A DNA stretch of 29,537 bases from an uncultured Cellvibrionales bacterium (GCA_965370135.1 CBDUUA010000001.1:1-29537); one strand, 5' to 3'. Positions 1 through 7,390 are shown, counted from the first letter of the stretch. Numbers and translations: made by a program. Notes: generated by a model from the letters alone, not told the origin.

Positions 1-2
1 AG

Positions 3-425
3 CTACTGCAGGGTAAAGCCAGCTATGTCCACCTGTCGGCGATTAGCTGCGTGGATTGGATTGAAGATGACGAGTTCGAGCTGGTCTACCACGTCGTCTC
101 CTATGAGACCCATTCGCTGGTTTCGGCGCACACCCGTATCGCGCGGGACCCCGGCAGGTATCTCTCGGTGTATGACCTCTACACCCCCGCCGCTTTTTTT
201 GAGCGCGATATTCATGAGATGTTCGGTGTCTTTTTCGAGGGTAGCCCGGACATGGAGAAGTTCATTCTTACCGAGTGGGACGGCCCGCCACCGATGCGCA
301 AGGATTTCGATTCCGAAGCGTTCGTAAACCAGACCTTCCAGTGGGAGGAATACCATCCCCAGTGGCTCAGGGATATTGAGGCAGAAGGCGGTGGCATTAC
401 CACCCGGCCGGAGGACGTGCGCTGA
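3..425 (+). CDS. NuoC-like subunit (complex I 30 kDa family; MbxK/MbsK-like), 5'-truncated by the window edge
   Basis: The frame is open from base 3 (LLQGKASYVHLSAISCVDWIEDDEFELVYHV), so the gene starts before the window. It has NuoC-family motifs 'FERDIHEMFGVFFEG' and 'PPMRKDF'. The stop overlaps the next ATG (TGATG, 423-427). Confidence 0.88.
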   Translation, partial: LLQGKASYVHLSAISCVDWIEDDEFELVYHVVSYETHSLVSAHTRIARDPGRYLSVYDLYTPAAFFERDIHEMFGVFFEGSPDMEKFILTEWDGPPPMRKDFDSEAFVNQTFQWEEYHPQWLRDIEAEGGGITTRPEDVR

Positions 426-1567
426 TGCGACCCGAAAACTACGAGGCAACCCGGCAGCCGCCCAGCAATGAGTACGAGCTGAATTTTGGCCCCAACCATC
501 CCGGCATCGAGGGCAACTATGCCTTTAAGGTCAAACTCAACGGCGATATAGTCACCGAGGCCAGGGCGGACGCCGGTTATCTGCACCGGGGTTTCGAGAA
601 GTTGATGGAGGGGCGGCTGTGGATCCAGAATATCGCCTTGGTACCTCGCATCTGTGTGCCGGATCCGGTACCGATGGAGGTCTGTTACTCCCTGGCCATC
701 GAGGAGCTTTGCGGCCTAGAAGTGCCCAAGCGCGCACAGTGGCTTCGCGTCATGCAACTGGAGATGTCGCGGCTGGCGGCCCATTTATTTGCCTTCGGCG
801 GGCACGCGGCCACTACCGGTATGTATACGCCGAGCTTCTGGGGTGTTGCCGATAGAGACCTCATCCTGGATCGCTTTGAAGAGCTTACCGGAGGGCGGGT
901 TTACAGTATCTACAATATTCCGGGGGGCGTGCGCCGGGATATGCCTGCGGGTTTTCTGGATCGGCTGGGCAGCCTGCTCGATTACCTGGATTCGCGGCTG
1001 CCGGATTACGACAATCTGTTTTTTCGCAATCAGGTCTTTATCAAGCGTGCCCGGGATGTGGGCACCCTGAGCCAGGAGCAGGCCCTGAAGTGGGGTGTCA
1101 CCGGCCCCAATCTCCGGGCCACCGGATTGGAATTTGATGTGCGCCGGGATGATCCCTATCTGGTCTATGACGAGATCGAATTTGATATTGCCACCCAAAG
1201 CGCCGGCGATGCGCTGGCGCGAAACCTGGTGCGCCGCAGCGAGTTACAGCAGAGCATTCGCATCCTGCGCCAGGTGATTGAGCAACTGCCATCCGTGAAG
1301 GGGCCGGTGCGCTGCCCGATTCCCAACCCGCTGGCCTGGAATGTTCCCACCGGCGAGGCGTATACGCGGGTGGAATCATCCAAGGGTGAATTGGCCTATT
1401 ACGTGGTCTCCACCGGCGGCGACAAGCCCTACCGGGTTCATGTCAGGGGGCCGTCGAGTATGCATGCGGTACAAGTATTGGAGAAGCTGGCAGTTGGCTG
1501 CCGCTTGGAGGATGTCGCGCAAATCATGTTTTCTCTCGATGCCTGTCCGCCGGAGGTCGATCGCTGA
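425..1567 (+). CDS. NuoD-like / hydrogenase large-subunit-fold protein (complex I 49 kDa family), MbxL/MbsL-like
   Basis: Motifs 'LNFGPNHP', 'GYLHRGFEKL', 'FEELTGGR', 'GPNLRATG', 'RVESSKGEL' and 'RGPS'. It retains C77 (RICVPD) and C374 (SLDACPPEVDR). TGATG coupling at both ends. Confidence 0.92.
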   Translation: MRPENYEATRQPPSNEYELNFGPNHPGIEGNYAFKVKLNGDIVTEARADAGYLHRGFEKLMEGRLWIQNIALVPRICVPDPVPMEVCYSLAIEELCGLEVPKRAQWLRVMQLEMSRLAAHLFAFGGHAATTGMYTPSFWGVADRDLILDRFEELTGGRVYSIYNIPGGVRRDMPAGFLDRLGSLLDYLDSRLPDYDNLFFRNQVFIKRARDVGTLSQEQALKWGVTGPNLRATGLEFDVRRDDPYLVYDEIEFDIATQSAGDALARNLVRRSELQQSIRILRQVIEQLPSVKGPVRCPIPNPLAWNVPTGEAYTRVESSKGELAYYVVSTGGDKPYRVHVRGPSSMHAVQVLEKLAVGCRLEDVAQIMFSLDACPPEVDR

Positions 1568-3405
1568 TGTCGGATATTACCCACGAGGATAAAGGCAGTA
1601 TCCTGGGGCCTCTCAAGAGCCTGCGTTTTTTTTCTCGCAAGCCTGTTACCGAGCCATTGGAGCCGCGGGTTGCGGCTGATAACTACCGGGGCTTCCACGT
1701 CAACGATTGGGATGCCTGTATTGGCTGCAGTACCTGCCAGAAGGTGTGTGACAATGCCGCCATCACCATGGTCAAGATTCCCGAATTGCCCGAGGATCCG
1801 CTCGCAGGTATCCGCAACGAGCGCCCGGCGATAGATTATGGCCGCTGCTGCTGGTGTGGGCTGTGTGTGGATATTTGTCCTACCGGCTCGATCTCGCTAA
1901 CCCAGGAGTATGTGCACACCTGCCGCGAGGATGAACTCGACAGCTATTTTATCCTGCCCGACTCCAAAGGCATGCACAATACGCCATTTCCCAAGGGCTG
2001 GGCCAAGACCGAGGATGCCGATCTTATCGACCTCGAGCGCCAGCCCATGGCCGAGATGGATCCGGTCAGCCGCAGTGACAATTTTGATGAGATCGTCGAT
2101 GGCTTTACCCCGCAGGAGGCCATTATCGAGGCGTCGCGCTGTGTGCAGTGCGGTATGTGTTACGACGCCTGCCCGACCCATATGCATGCGCCGGAGTATA
2201 TCCGCGCCATCTGGGAGGGTGATGCCGAGGAAGCCGTGCGCCAGATGTACCGCAGCAATCCTTTCTCCCATGTGTGTGGTCGCGTCTGCACCCACCGCTG
2301 TGAGACCGCCTGCTCGATTGGTACTCGGGGCGAGCCTGTCGCCATACGCTGGTTGAAGCGCTATGCCATGGATGCCGTGCCCGATGAGCGGGTCAGGGAG
2401 ATCGCCGCCGAGGGCAAAGCCGATTTTATCAGCGGTAAAAAAATTGCCATCATCGGCGCCGGCCCCGCCGGTCTCACCGCCGCCTTTGATCTGGTAAAAA
2501 AAGGGCATGAGGTAACGGTCTACGAGGCGCTGGACAAACCCGGGGGCATGACCCGCTACGGTATTCCCGAATATCGAATGCCCTACGATCGCCTGGATGC
2601 CGATGTTGGCGTGATTGTCTCACTGGGAGTGGATATCCGTTACAACGTTCGTATTGGCACCGATGTCAGTATGGACGAGCTTGAAAATGAGTTCGATGCC
2701 GTACTGGTGGCCATTGGCATGCAGGTGGGTCGCTCCACTCGCATTCCCGGTTCTGATCACGAGCAGGTTCGATCATCGGTGGAACTGTTGCGCATGATTA
2801 CGGCGGGTGAGGCTTTCGATGTGCCTGAATCCGTGGTGGTGATCGGCGGTGGCAATGTGGCCATGGATATTGGGCGCAGTCTGGCGCGCATGCAGAAAAT
2901 TCGCTATGGCAAGGTCGGCATGACGCTGGCGGCACTGGAAGATTTCGATCACTTTTTAGCCGACCCGGAAGAACTCAAAGAGGCGCGGGAGGAGGGGATC
3001 GAAATCTACGACAGCCGCGGCCCCAGGGAGTGTGTCATCGATGAAAACGGCGGTTTGAAGGGGCTGACAACACTGGGGGTGAAGTCTATCTTTGATGAGG
3101 ATGGCCGCTTTGCACCGAGTTACGATGACAGCGACGAGCAGATGCATCATGCCGATATGGTGGTTGAGTCCATCGGCCAGATGAGCGATATCTCGCTCTT
3201 TGGTGAAGCCCTTACCGAAATGCTTGAATGGAACCGTGGCCGTTTGCAGGTCGATGACGAGGGGCGCAGCTCAGTGTCCTGGTTGTGGTCCGCAGGGGAT
3301 ATGGTGAATGGCCCGGATGTGGTAACAGCGGTGGCCGATGGGCATCGCGTCGCGGACAGCATCGAGGCCTATTTGAACAATGCCGGGAGTGACCGTCATG
3401 TCTGA
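1567..3405 (+). CDS. Fusion of a NuoI-like 2x[4Fe-4S] domain and a GltD/SudA-like FAD/NAD(P)H oxidoreductase
   Basis: N-terminal 'KPVTEP...NYRGFH' plus CIGCSTCQKVC and CCWCGLCVDICP. Then the GltD Fe-S domain (RCVQCGMCYDACP, CGRVCTHRCETAC), the FAD motif IIGAGPAG, the NAD(P) motif VIGGGNVAMD, and C-terminal 'SAGDMVNGP..V..AVADG'. Confidence 0.9.
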   Translation: MSDITHEDKGSILGPLKSLRFFSRKPVTEPLEPRVAADNYRGFHVNDWDACIGCSTCQKVCDNAAITMVKIPELPEDPLAGIRNERPAIDYGRCCWCGLCVDICPTGSISLTQEYVHTCREDELDSYFILPDSKGMHNTPFPKGWAKTEDADLIDLERQPMAEMDPVSRSDNFDEIVDGFTPQEAIIEASRCVQCGMCYDACPTHMHAPEYIRAIWEGDAEEAVRQMYRSNPFSHVCGRVCTHRCETACSIGTRGEPVAIRWLKRYAMDAVPDERVREIAAEGKADFISGKKIAIIGAGPAGLTAAFDLVKKGHEVTVYEALDKPGGMTRYGIPEYRMPYDRLDADVGVIVSLGVDIRYNVRIGTDVSMDELENEFDAVLVAIGMQVGRSTRIPGSDHEQVRSSVELLRMITAGEAFDVPESVVVIGGGNVAMDIGRSLARMQKIRYGKVGMTLAALEDFDHFLADPEELKEAREEGIEIYDSRGPRECVIDENGGLKGLTTLGVKSIFDEDGRFAPSYDDSDEQMHHADMVVESIGQMSDISLFGEALTEMLEWNRGRLQVDDEGRSSVSWLWSAGDMVNGPDVVTAVADGHRVADSIEAYLNNAGSDRHV

Positions 3406-3961
3406 TCCAGTTGAAGGCAAAGTAGTTAAAGGCAAAGTAGCTGAAGGCCAGGCAGTTGAAGGCCATAGTGATTCCTACAAACGTATCAAATCGAAAAAGA
3501 GCCTCGGGGAGATACTTGAAGTCGCTACCAGCTTCGAGCAAAAGGCCTTTGAGTTTTACACCGACTTGATACCGAAAGTCAGCAAGAATCTGCGCTGGCT
3601 GGCGGAGGAATTGGCCGAGGAGGAGAAGGAACATTACGATTTATTCCGCCGACTCGCGGAAGATCCCTCCATTGAAGACCAGATTACGCAGCAGATTCAA
3701 ATACCGGTAGAGGATCGCCGCTTTTCGGACTATATTCAGCTGCCTGACCTGGGTGAAAAGCCCGACGATCAAACCATTTTACAGTACGCCATGGGCCGTG
3801 AAGATGCCGCGATGAAACAATACCGCGAGCTTGCCAATTCAACCCAGCCGGGAGCGATTCACGACCTGTTCGAGTTTCTTGCCAACGAGGAAACCAAACA
3901 CAAGCAGGAACTTGAAAAGCTCTACTATGAGCTTATTCACAGCGGTGGCCCGGGGAATTAA
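3398..3961 (+). CDS. Ferritin-like di-iron protein (rubrerythrin/erythrin family, no rubredoxin domain)
   Basis: Two E...EExxH helix pairs (SFEQKA...EEEKEH; GREDAA...NEETKH). The ATG at 3398 is preferred over 3380 because GGGAG lies at 3385-3389 and it overlaps the upstream stop by 8 nt. Confidence 0.85.
   Translation: MSDPVEGKVVKGKVAEGQAVEGHSDSYKRIKSKKSLGEILEVATSFEQKAFEFYTDLIPKVSKNLRWLAEELAEEEKEHYDLFRRLAEDPSIEDQITQQIQIPVEDRRFSDYIQLPDLGEKPDDQTILQYAMGREDAAMKQYRELANSTQPGAIHDLFEFLANEETKHKQELEKLYYELIHSGGPGN
3410..3466 (+). repeat. Imperfect 15-nt tandem repeat (~4 units) in the 5' end of the ferritin-like gene
   Basis: GTTGAAGGCAAAGTA / GTTAAAGGCAAAGTA / GCTGAAGGCCAGGCA / GTTGAAGGCCAT, encoding VEGKV VKGKV AEGQA VEGH. 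Confidence 0.85.
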
Positions 3962-4094
3962 AGCGGCTTTTTGATCGATTGAAAAAGTTAGTACAGCGAT
4001 GCTGGCCAATAAGCTTACTGTCTGAGATGCCGATAAAAAAAGAGGGGGCGGTATGGCATTTGCTGATTACCCACAAACCTCAGCCAAGCAAAGT

Positions 4095-4156
4095 GGCCGA
4101 ATAAATTCGGCCCTACAGCAGGGTGGGCGGAGTTGTAGGGTCGAATTTATTCGACC
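4095..4156. repeat. REP doublet (REPIN-like): inverted pair of 23-nt GTAG-type palindromes
   Basis: GGCCGAATAAATTCGGCCCTACA (4095-4117) and TGTAGGGTCGAATTTATTCGACC (4134-4156) are reverse complements except at 2 compensatory positions. The spacer is 16 nt. Confidence 0.8.
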
Positions 4157-4218
4157 AAAGTCATCTCTGGGAAGAACTCCGTCGATACCGTATCGGTTGC
4201 TTACATTGGCTGAGCTTT

Positions 4219-4911
4219 ATGGGTAATCAGCTGGTATTTTACTACGGTTACCCCATGGGAGAATCGCTCTCTCTAAACGTCAAGAAAACGATCAAATCGG
4301 TCAAGGAAAATCCACCTTCAACGCAACATATAGGGCTCATCAAAGAGACTCTGGCAGGAGTTGCGAACATATCCATTGAATACAATTTACTCGAACTCGG
4401 AAGCCACCTGTATTCCCCTCGGTCTTTAACGATGCGTATCGTCAAGTTGACCGCAACGACGAGCATAGGGGCGAGTCATAGGATGATCAACAAGTTGGTC
4501 AAAACTCTCTCGGACGAGCAATTGACCCGTCTTGTTGAATACCTGGAGACTTTATATTTTGAACGAGACGGCGTTGGTTATATGGTTACGCCTATCAATG
4601 CCGCGCTGGATGCTGATTTTCACCGGGTCATTGACGGCATTCGCCATCACCCGCCTGCAACTGCGCATATTCCCGATTGCACCGCTGTCCAGCTCAAGCT
4701 CATTCACACCGTTTTGATGCATTGTGTTGTGGACTATGCCGACTATATCCAGATTGGCAGTTGGGGAACGAAAATAATAAACGGTGGTATGAATATCCTG
4801 AACAGCGGGCTGAATGCGTTGTTTCGCAAGAACATACAGAGTATGAACAGGAAGCAGTTGCTGACCCTGGCAGATTTTTATGAGGTTGCCCTGATGGCCG
4901 ATAGTGTTTAA
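4219..4911 (+). CDS. Hypothetical all-helical protein made of two tandem homologous domains
   Basis: The ORF is open from 4123, but that start lies inside the REP doublet, so ATG 4219 is preferred. The two halves align without gaps (YYGYPMGESL..ENPPSTQHI vs YMVTPINAAL..HHPPATAHI). Confidence 0.7.
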   Translation: MGNQLVFYYGYPMGESLSLNVKKTIKSVKENPPSTQHIGLIKETLAGVANISIEYNLLELGSHLYSPRSLTMRIVKLTATTSIGASHRMINKLVKTLSDEQLTRLVEYLETLYFERDGVGYMVTPINAALDADFHRVIDGIRHHPPATAHIPDCTAVQLKLIHTVLMHCVVDYADYIQIGSWGTKIINGGMNILNSGLNALFRKNIQSMNRKQLLTLADFYEVALMADSV

Positions 4912-5179
4912 AAGCGCTGGATGCCAGAGCCCAATTTACGCGGGAGGTCGGCATCGGGGCGATATATTTGTGCAGGTATTTTCGGGTGGTAAGGGGCATA
5001 CGGGTTTTGTCGTTGACGTGTATAAAGATGGCAAGTCAATTTATACGGGGGAGGGCAATTGTGCTAACCGCCTGAAAATTGGACTACGAAAAATAAGTTC
5101 TATTAGCCATTTTATTGGCATTGGCTGCTTCAGAGACGATCAAACCAGGGGTTTCAGTCGCAGTAAATTTGATGTGTAG
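4904..5179 (+). pseudogene. Possible C-terminal fragment of a CHAP-like (cysteine/histidine-dependent peptidoglycan hydrolase) domain
   Basis: 'GDIFVQVFSGGKGHTGFVVDVYKDGKSIYTGEGNC' resembles the CHAP GD...GHTGxV...TxEGN pattern. No recognisable N-terminal catalytic Cys segment at the expected distance. Confidence 0.4.
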
Positions 5180-5299
5180 GTCGTCGATGCGCAGGGGGGC
5201 ACACTGAGGGCCAAGAGGCGCGCTCGGAGAATGGGCGGGTGTCGAAATGGCAAACATGCGGCACACTAGAGAGTCTATGGGATATCTATAGGGTAGTGA

Positions 5300-6370
5300 A
5301 TGAACGTTAGGATCGATAAAATCAGGCTAAAAGCCAGTCACCAAACGCCTTTATTGTTGCTCGACCTGTTGATGATGGCGCTTATCCTGATCAATCTCGG
5401 CTGGTTGGCGTTTGATGCCTTATTTTCCAGCGAGTTGCTGCGGCAGGGCTTGTATCGGGTGTTTCCCCGTTTCACAACCTACTATGGGGCTCAGATACAC
5501 CCGAACTTCATTTATTACGATCTATATTTTGTGTACATATTTTTAACGGAACTTTCTGTCCGGTGGCTGATAGCGTTAAAGCGGCACACCTATCATCGTT
5601 GGTGGTTTTATCCATTTATTCATTGGTACGACGTACTGGGTTGTATTCCTGTCGGCTCTTTCCGGTGGTTGCGCCTGCTGCGTGTTTTCTCTATTTTTTA
5701 TCGGCTGGAAAGAAATAATATCATCGACATCTCGGGTACTCCGCCCGTGCGCTTTGTGATCAAGTATGTGAACGTGGTGATGGAAGAAATATCCAATCGT
5801 GTCGTGGTCAACGTGCTCACCAGTGTCCAGGATGAAATCAGCGAAGGCACTCCGGTTGTCAACAATATCATTGATCAGGTTGTCAGGCCCAGAATACCCG
5901 AAGTCACAGACTGGCTCATTGCTCGGCTTAGTGAACTGTCGGGTAAAGCCTACGAGAGCAAAAAGGAGGAATTGCGGGTTTATATCGATAAGGCCGTGTT
6001 GGATGCCTTCGCGCGCAATGACGGGGTAGCAGACTTGCAGCGGCTACCTCTGGTGGGCGATTCCGTCTCGAAGATTGTGGAGGAAGCTGTCGGTCAGTTG
6101 ATTTATGACCTTACCGAATATATTGTCGGTGACGTCACTGAACATATGGTCGGCGACGTTACTAACGTGGATGCCGATGCGCTGATCAGGGATTTAACAG
6201 AAACACTATCCGAGAAAATGATGGCGCCACCGCATAAGTTCAGGGAGGCCAGCCGGGATATGGCGATTGAGACGCTGGAGGTTGTTAAAGACCAGGCAAA
6301 AGTCCAAAAATGGAAGCTGGCGGAGGAGGCGGAACGCATTGAACGGCGGTCAGAAGTCCCTTCCGGGTAA
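5300..6370 (+). CDS. Ion-transporter-family membrane protein: voltage-sensor-like S1-S4 domain plus soluble helical C-terminal domain
   Basis: Hydrophobic helices with an S2 'IFLTE', an S3 'HWYDVLGCIP' and an S4 'FRWLRLLRVFSIFYRL'. No pore-loop signature seen. Confidence 0.75.
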   Translation: MNVRIDKIRLKASHQTPLLLLDLLMMALILINLGWLAFDALFSSELLRQGLYRVFPRFTTYYGAQIHPNFIYYDLYFVYIFLTELSVRWLIALKRHTYHRWWFYPFIHWYDVLGCIPVGSFRWLRLLRVFSIFYRLERNNIIDISGTPPVRFVIKYVNVVMEEISNRVVVNVLTSVQDEISEGTPVVNNIIDQVVRPRIPEVTDWLIARLSELSGKAYESKKEELRVYIDKAVLDAFARNDGVADLQRLPLVGDSVSKIVEEAVGQLIYDLTEYIVGDVTEHMVGDVTNVDADALIRDLTETLSEKMMAPPHKFREASRDMAIETLEVVKDQAKVQKWKLAEEAERIERRSEVPSG

Positions 6371-7390
6371 TGCTCTTGTGCCGCGAATGCGTGTTTTTTT
6401 GAGTACTCTCAGAAATGGGGAGGAGGGTCGCAATTGCGCCACCGCGGGTAAGTTGTCGGTAATGTCTACTTTTACCTTGTCGCTAGTCGATATGTTGTCG
6501 CTATAGGTGAACCGCCAGTCTACTTGTCCAATCTGTGTGGTGCCCTCCGGGTTTGCACCAATTTCAATTCTCAGGGCGACACCGTAAAGAAACTGTTCCA
6601 TATTGGCTGCGATACAAAAATCACCCAGACTATAGGCGAGCAGTTTGTTCGCGTGGGCAGTGGCGAAGCTTGTCACCGGCTGGGGGCAATGACTGTGATG
6701 GCCTACAAGTGCATCAAATTGCGCTGACAGCCGAGCTCCCTCACTAATCGTTTCCGGCCTTGGGTAGAGTTCATATTCGTAGCCCCAATGGGTGAAAAGA
6801 ATATTGAACCGATTTCGGTCGATATGGGCTGCTGCATCCTTATTGTAGGAAATGTAGTTACAGGGGTGATTGGACCAGTGAGAGCTGGCTATGATTCGAA
6901 TATCCTCGCCAATATCGCAGTAAGGATTTACTGCGGTTCCGAAGGTGTGAAATCCGCGCTCTTCGAGTAGATTGTTGGATTGCGTCCAAATCTCGTAACC
7001 AAAATCCCCCGCATGGTTGTTCGCCAGCCCGAGGTAGGTTCTATCCGGCGGAAAAAGATCGGCCAGGGCGTCGAGAACCTGCAGGCGATGCCGTTGACCC
7101 CTGGCAGGGCTGCGTGTGTCGGTGATTGTGCCCTCGAAGTTGCCTACCAGATAATCGCAACCCCGAACAAATTCTTTAACTCCAGGTCCTATTTCCAGGG
7201 TTTTATTTCCTGCGCTCATGATATCGTCGAGAAAGGCGATTCGAACCCTGGGGACGATTTTGATATTGAGCTGAAGGCACTTCGGGCTATGACTTACCAG
7301 CCCTTTGTGCTTTTCATTGAGCCCGAATTGCTTGCGTTTTAGGGAGCAGAGCGTTTCAACGAGTGGATAGGGGGAATGCTTGACTTTCAT
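6350..7390 (-). CDS. CapA family (PGA_cap) metallophosphoesterase-fold protein
   Basis: Motifs 'AFLDDIM', 'VGNFEG', 'LANNHAGDFG', 'THWGYEY', 'LVGHHSHCPQ' and 'AYSLGDF'. Confidence 0.82.
   Translation of the reverse strand: MKVKHSPYPLVETLCSLKRKQFGLNEKHKGLVSHSPKCLQLNIKIVPRVRIAFLDDIMSAGNKTLEIGPGVKEFVRGCDYLVGNFEGTITDTRSPARGQRHRLQVLDALADLFPPDRTYLGLANNHAGDFGYEIWTQSNNLLEERGFHTFGTAVNPYCDIGEDIRIIASSHWSNHPCNYISYNKDAAAHIDRNRFNILFTHWGYEYELYPRPETISEGARLSAQFDALVGHHSHCPQPVTSFATAHANKLLAYSLGDFCIAANMEQFLYGVALRIEIGANPEGTTQIGQVDWRFTYSDNISTSDKVKVDITDNLPAVAQLRPSSPFLRVLKKTRIRGTRALPGRDF

Noticed and set aside
425-1567. Calling this subunit canonical NuoD or a [NiFe]-hydrogenase large subunit
   Set aside because: It lacks the quinone-site His/Tyr of NuoD and has only two of four NiFe cysteines. 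The gene order C-D-I also does not match nuo.
1567-3405. Calling this glutamate synthase small subunit gltD
   Set aside because: No adjacent gltB. It has an extra N-terminal NuoI-like domain and is coupled to complex I-like genes.
3968-3988. TTGATCGATTGAAA as an FNR box
   Set aside because: Only one half-site matches TTGAT-N4-ATCAA, and it lies downstream of a stop codon.
4123-4218. Longer GTG start for the hypothetical protein
   Set aside because: It starts inside the REP doublet and translates repeat DNA. ATG 4219 matches the start of the first repeated domain.
5235-5270. GCGGGTGTCGAAATGGCAAAC resembles the 5' end and D-arm of a tRNA-Leu
   Set aside because: No anticodon arm, no GTTCRA T-loop and no acceptor-stem partner downstream.
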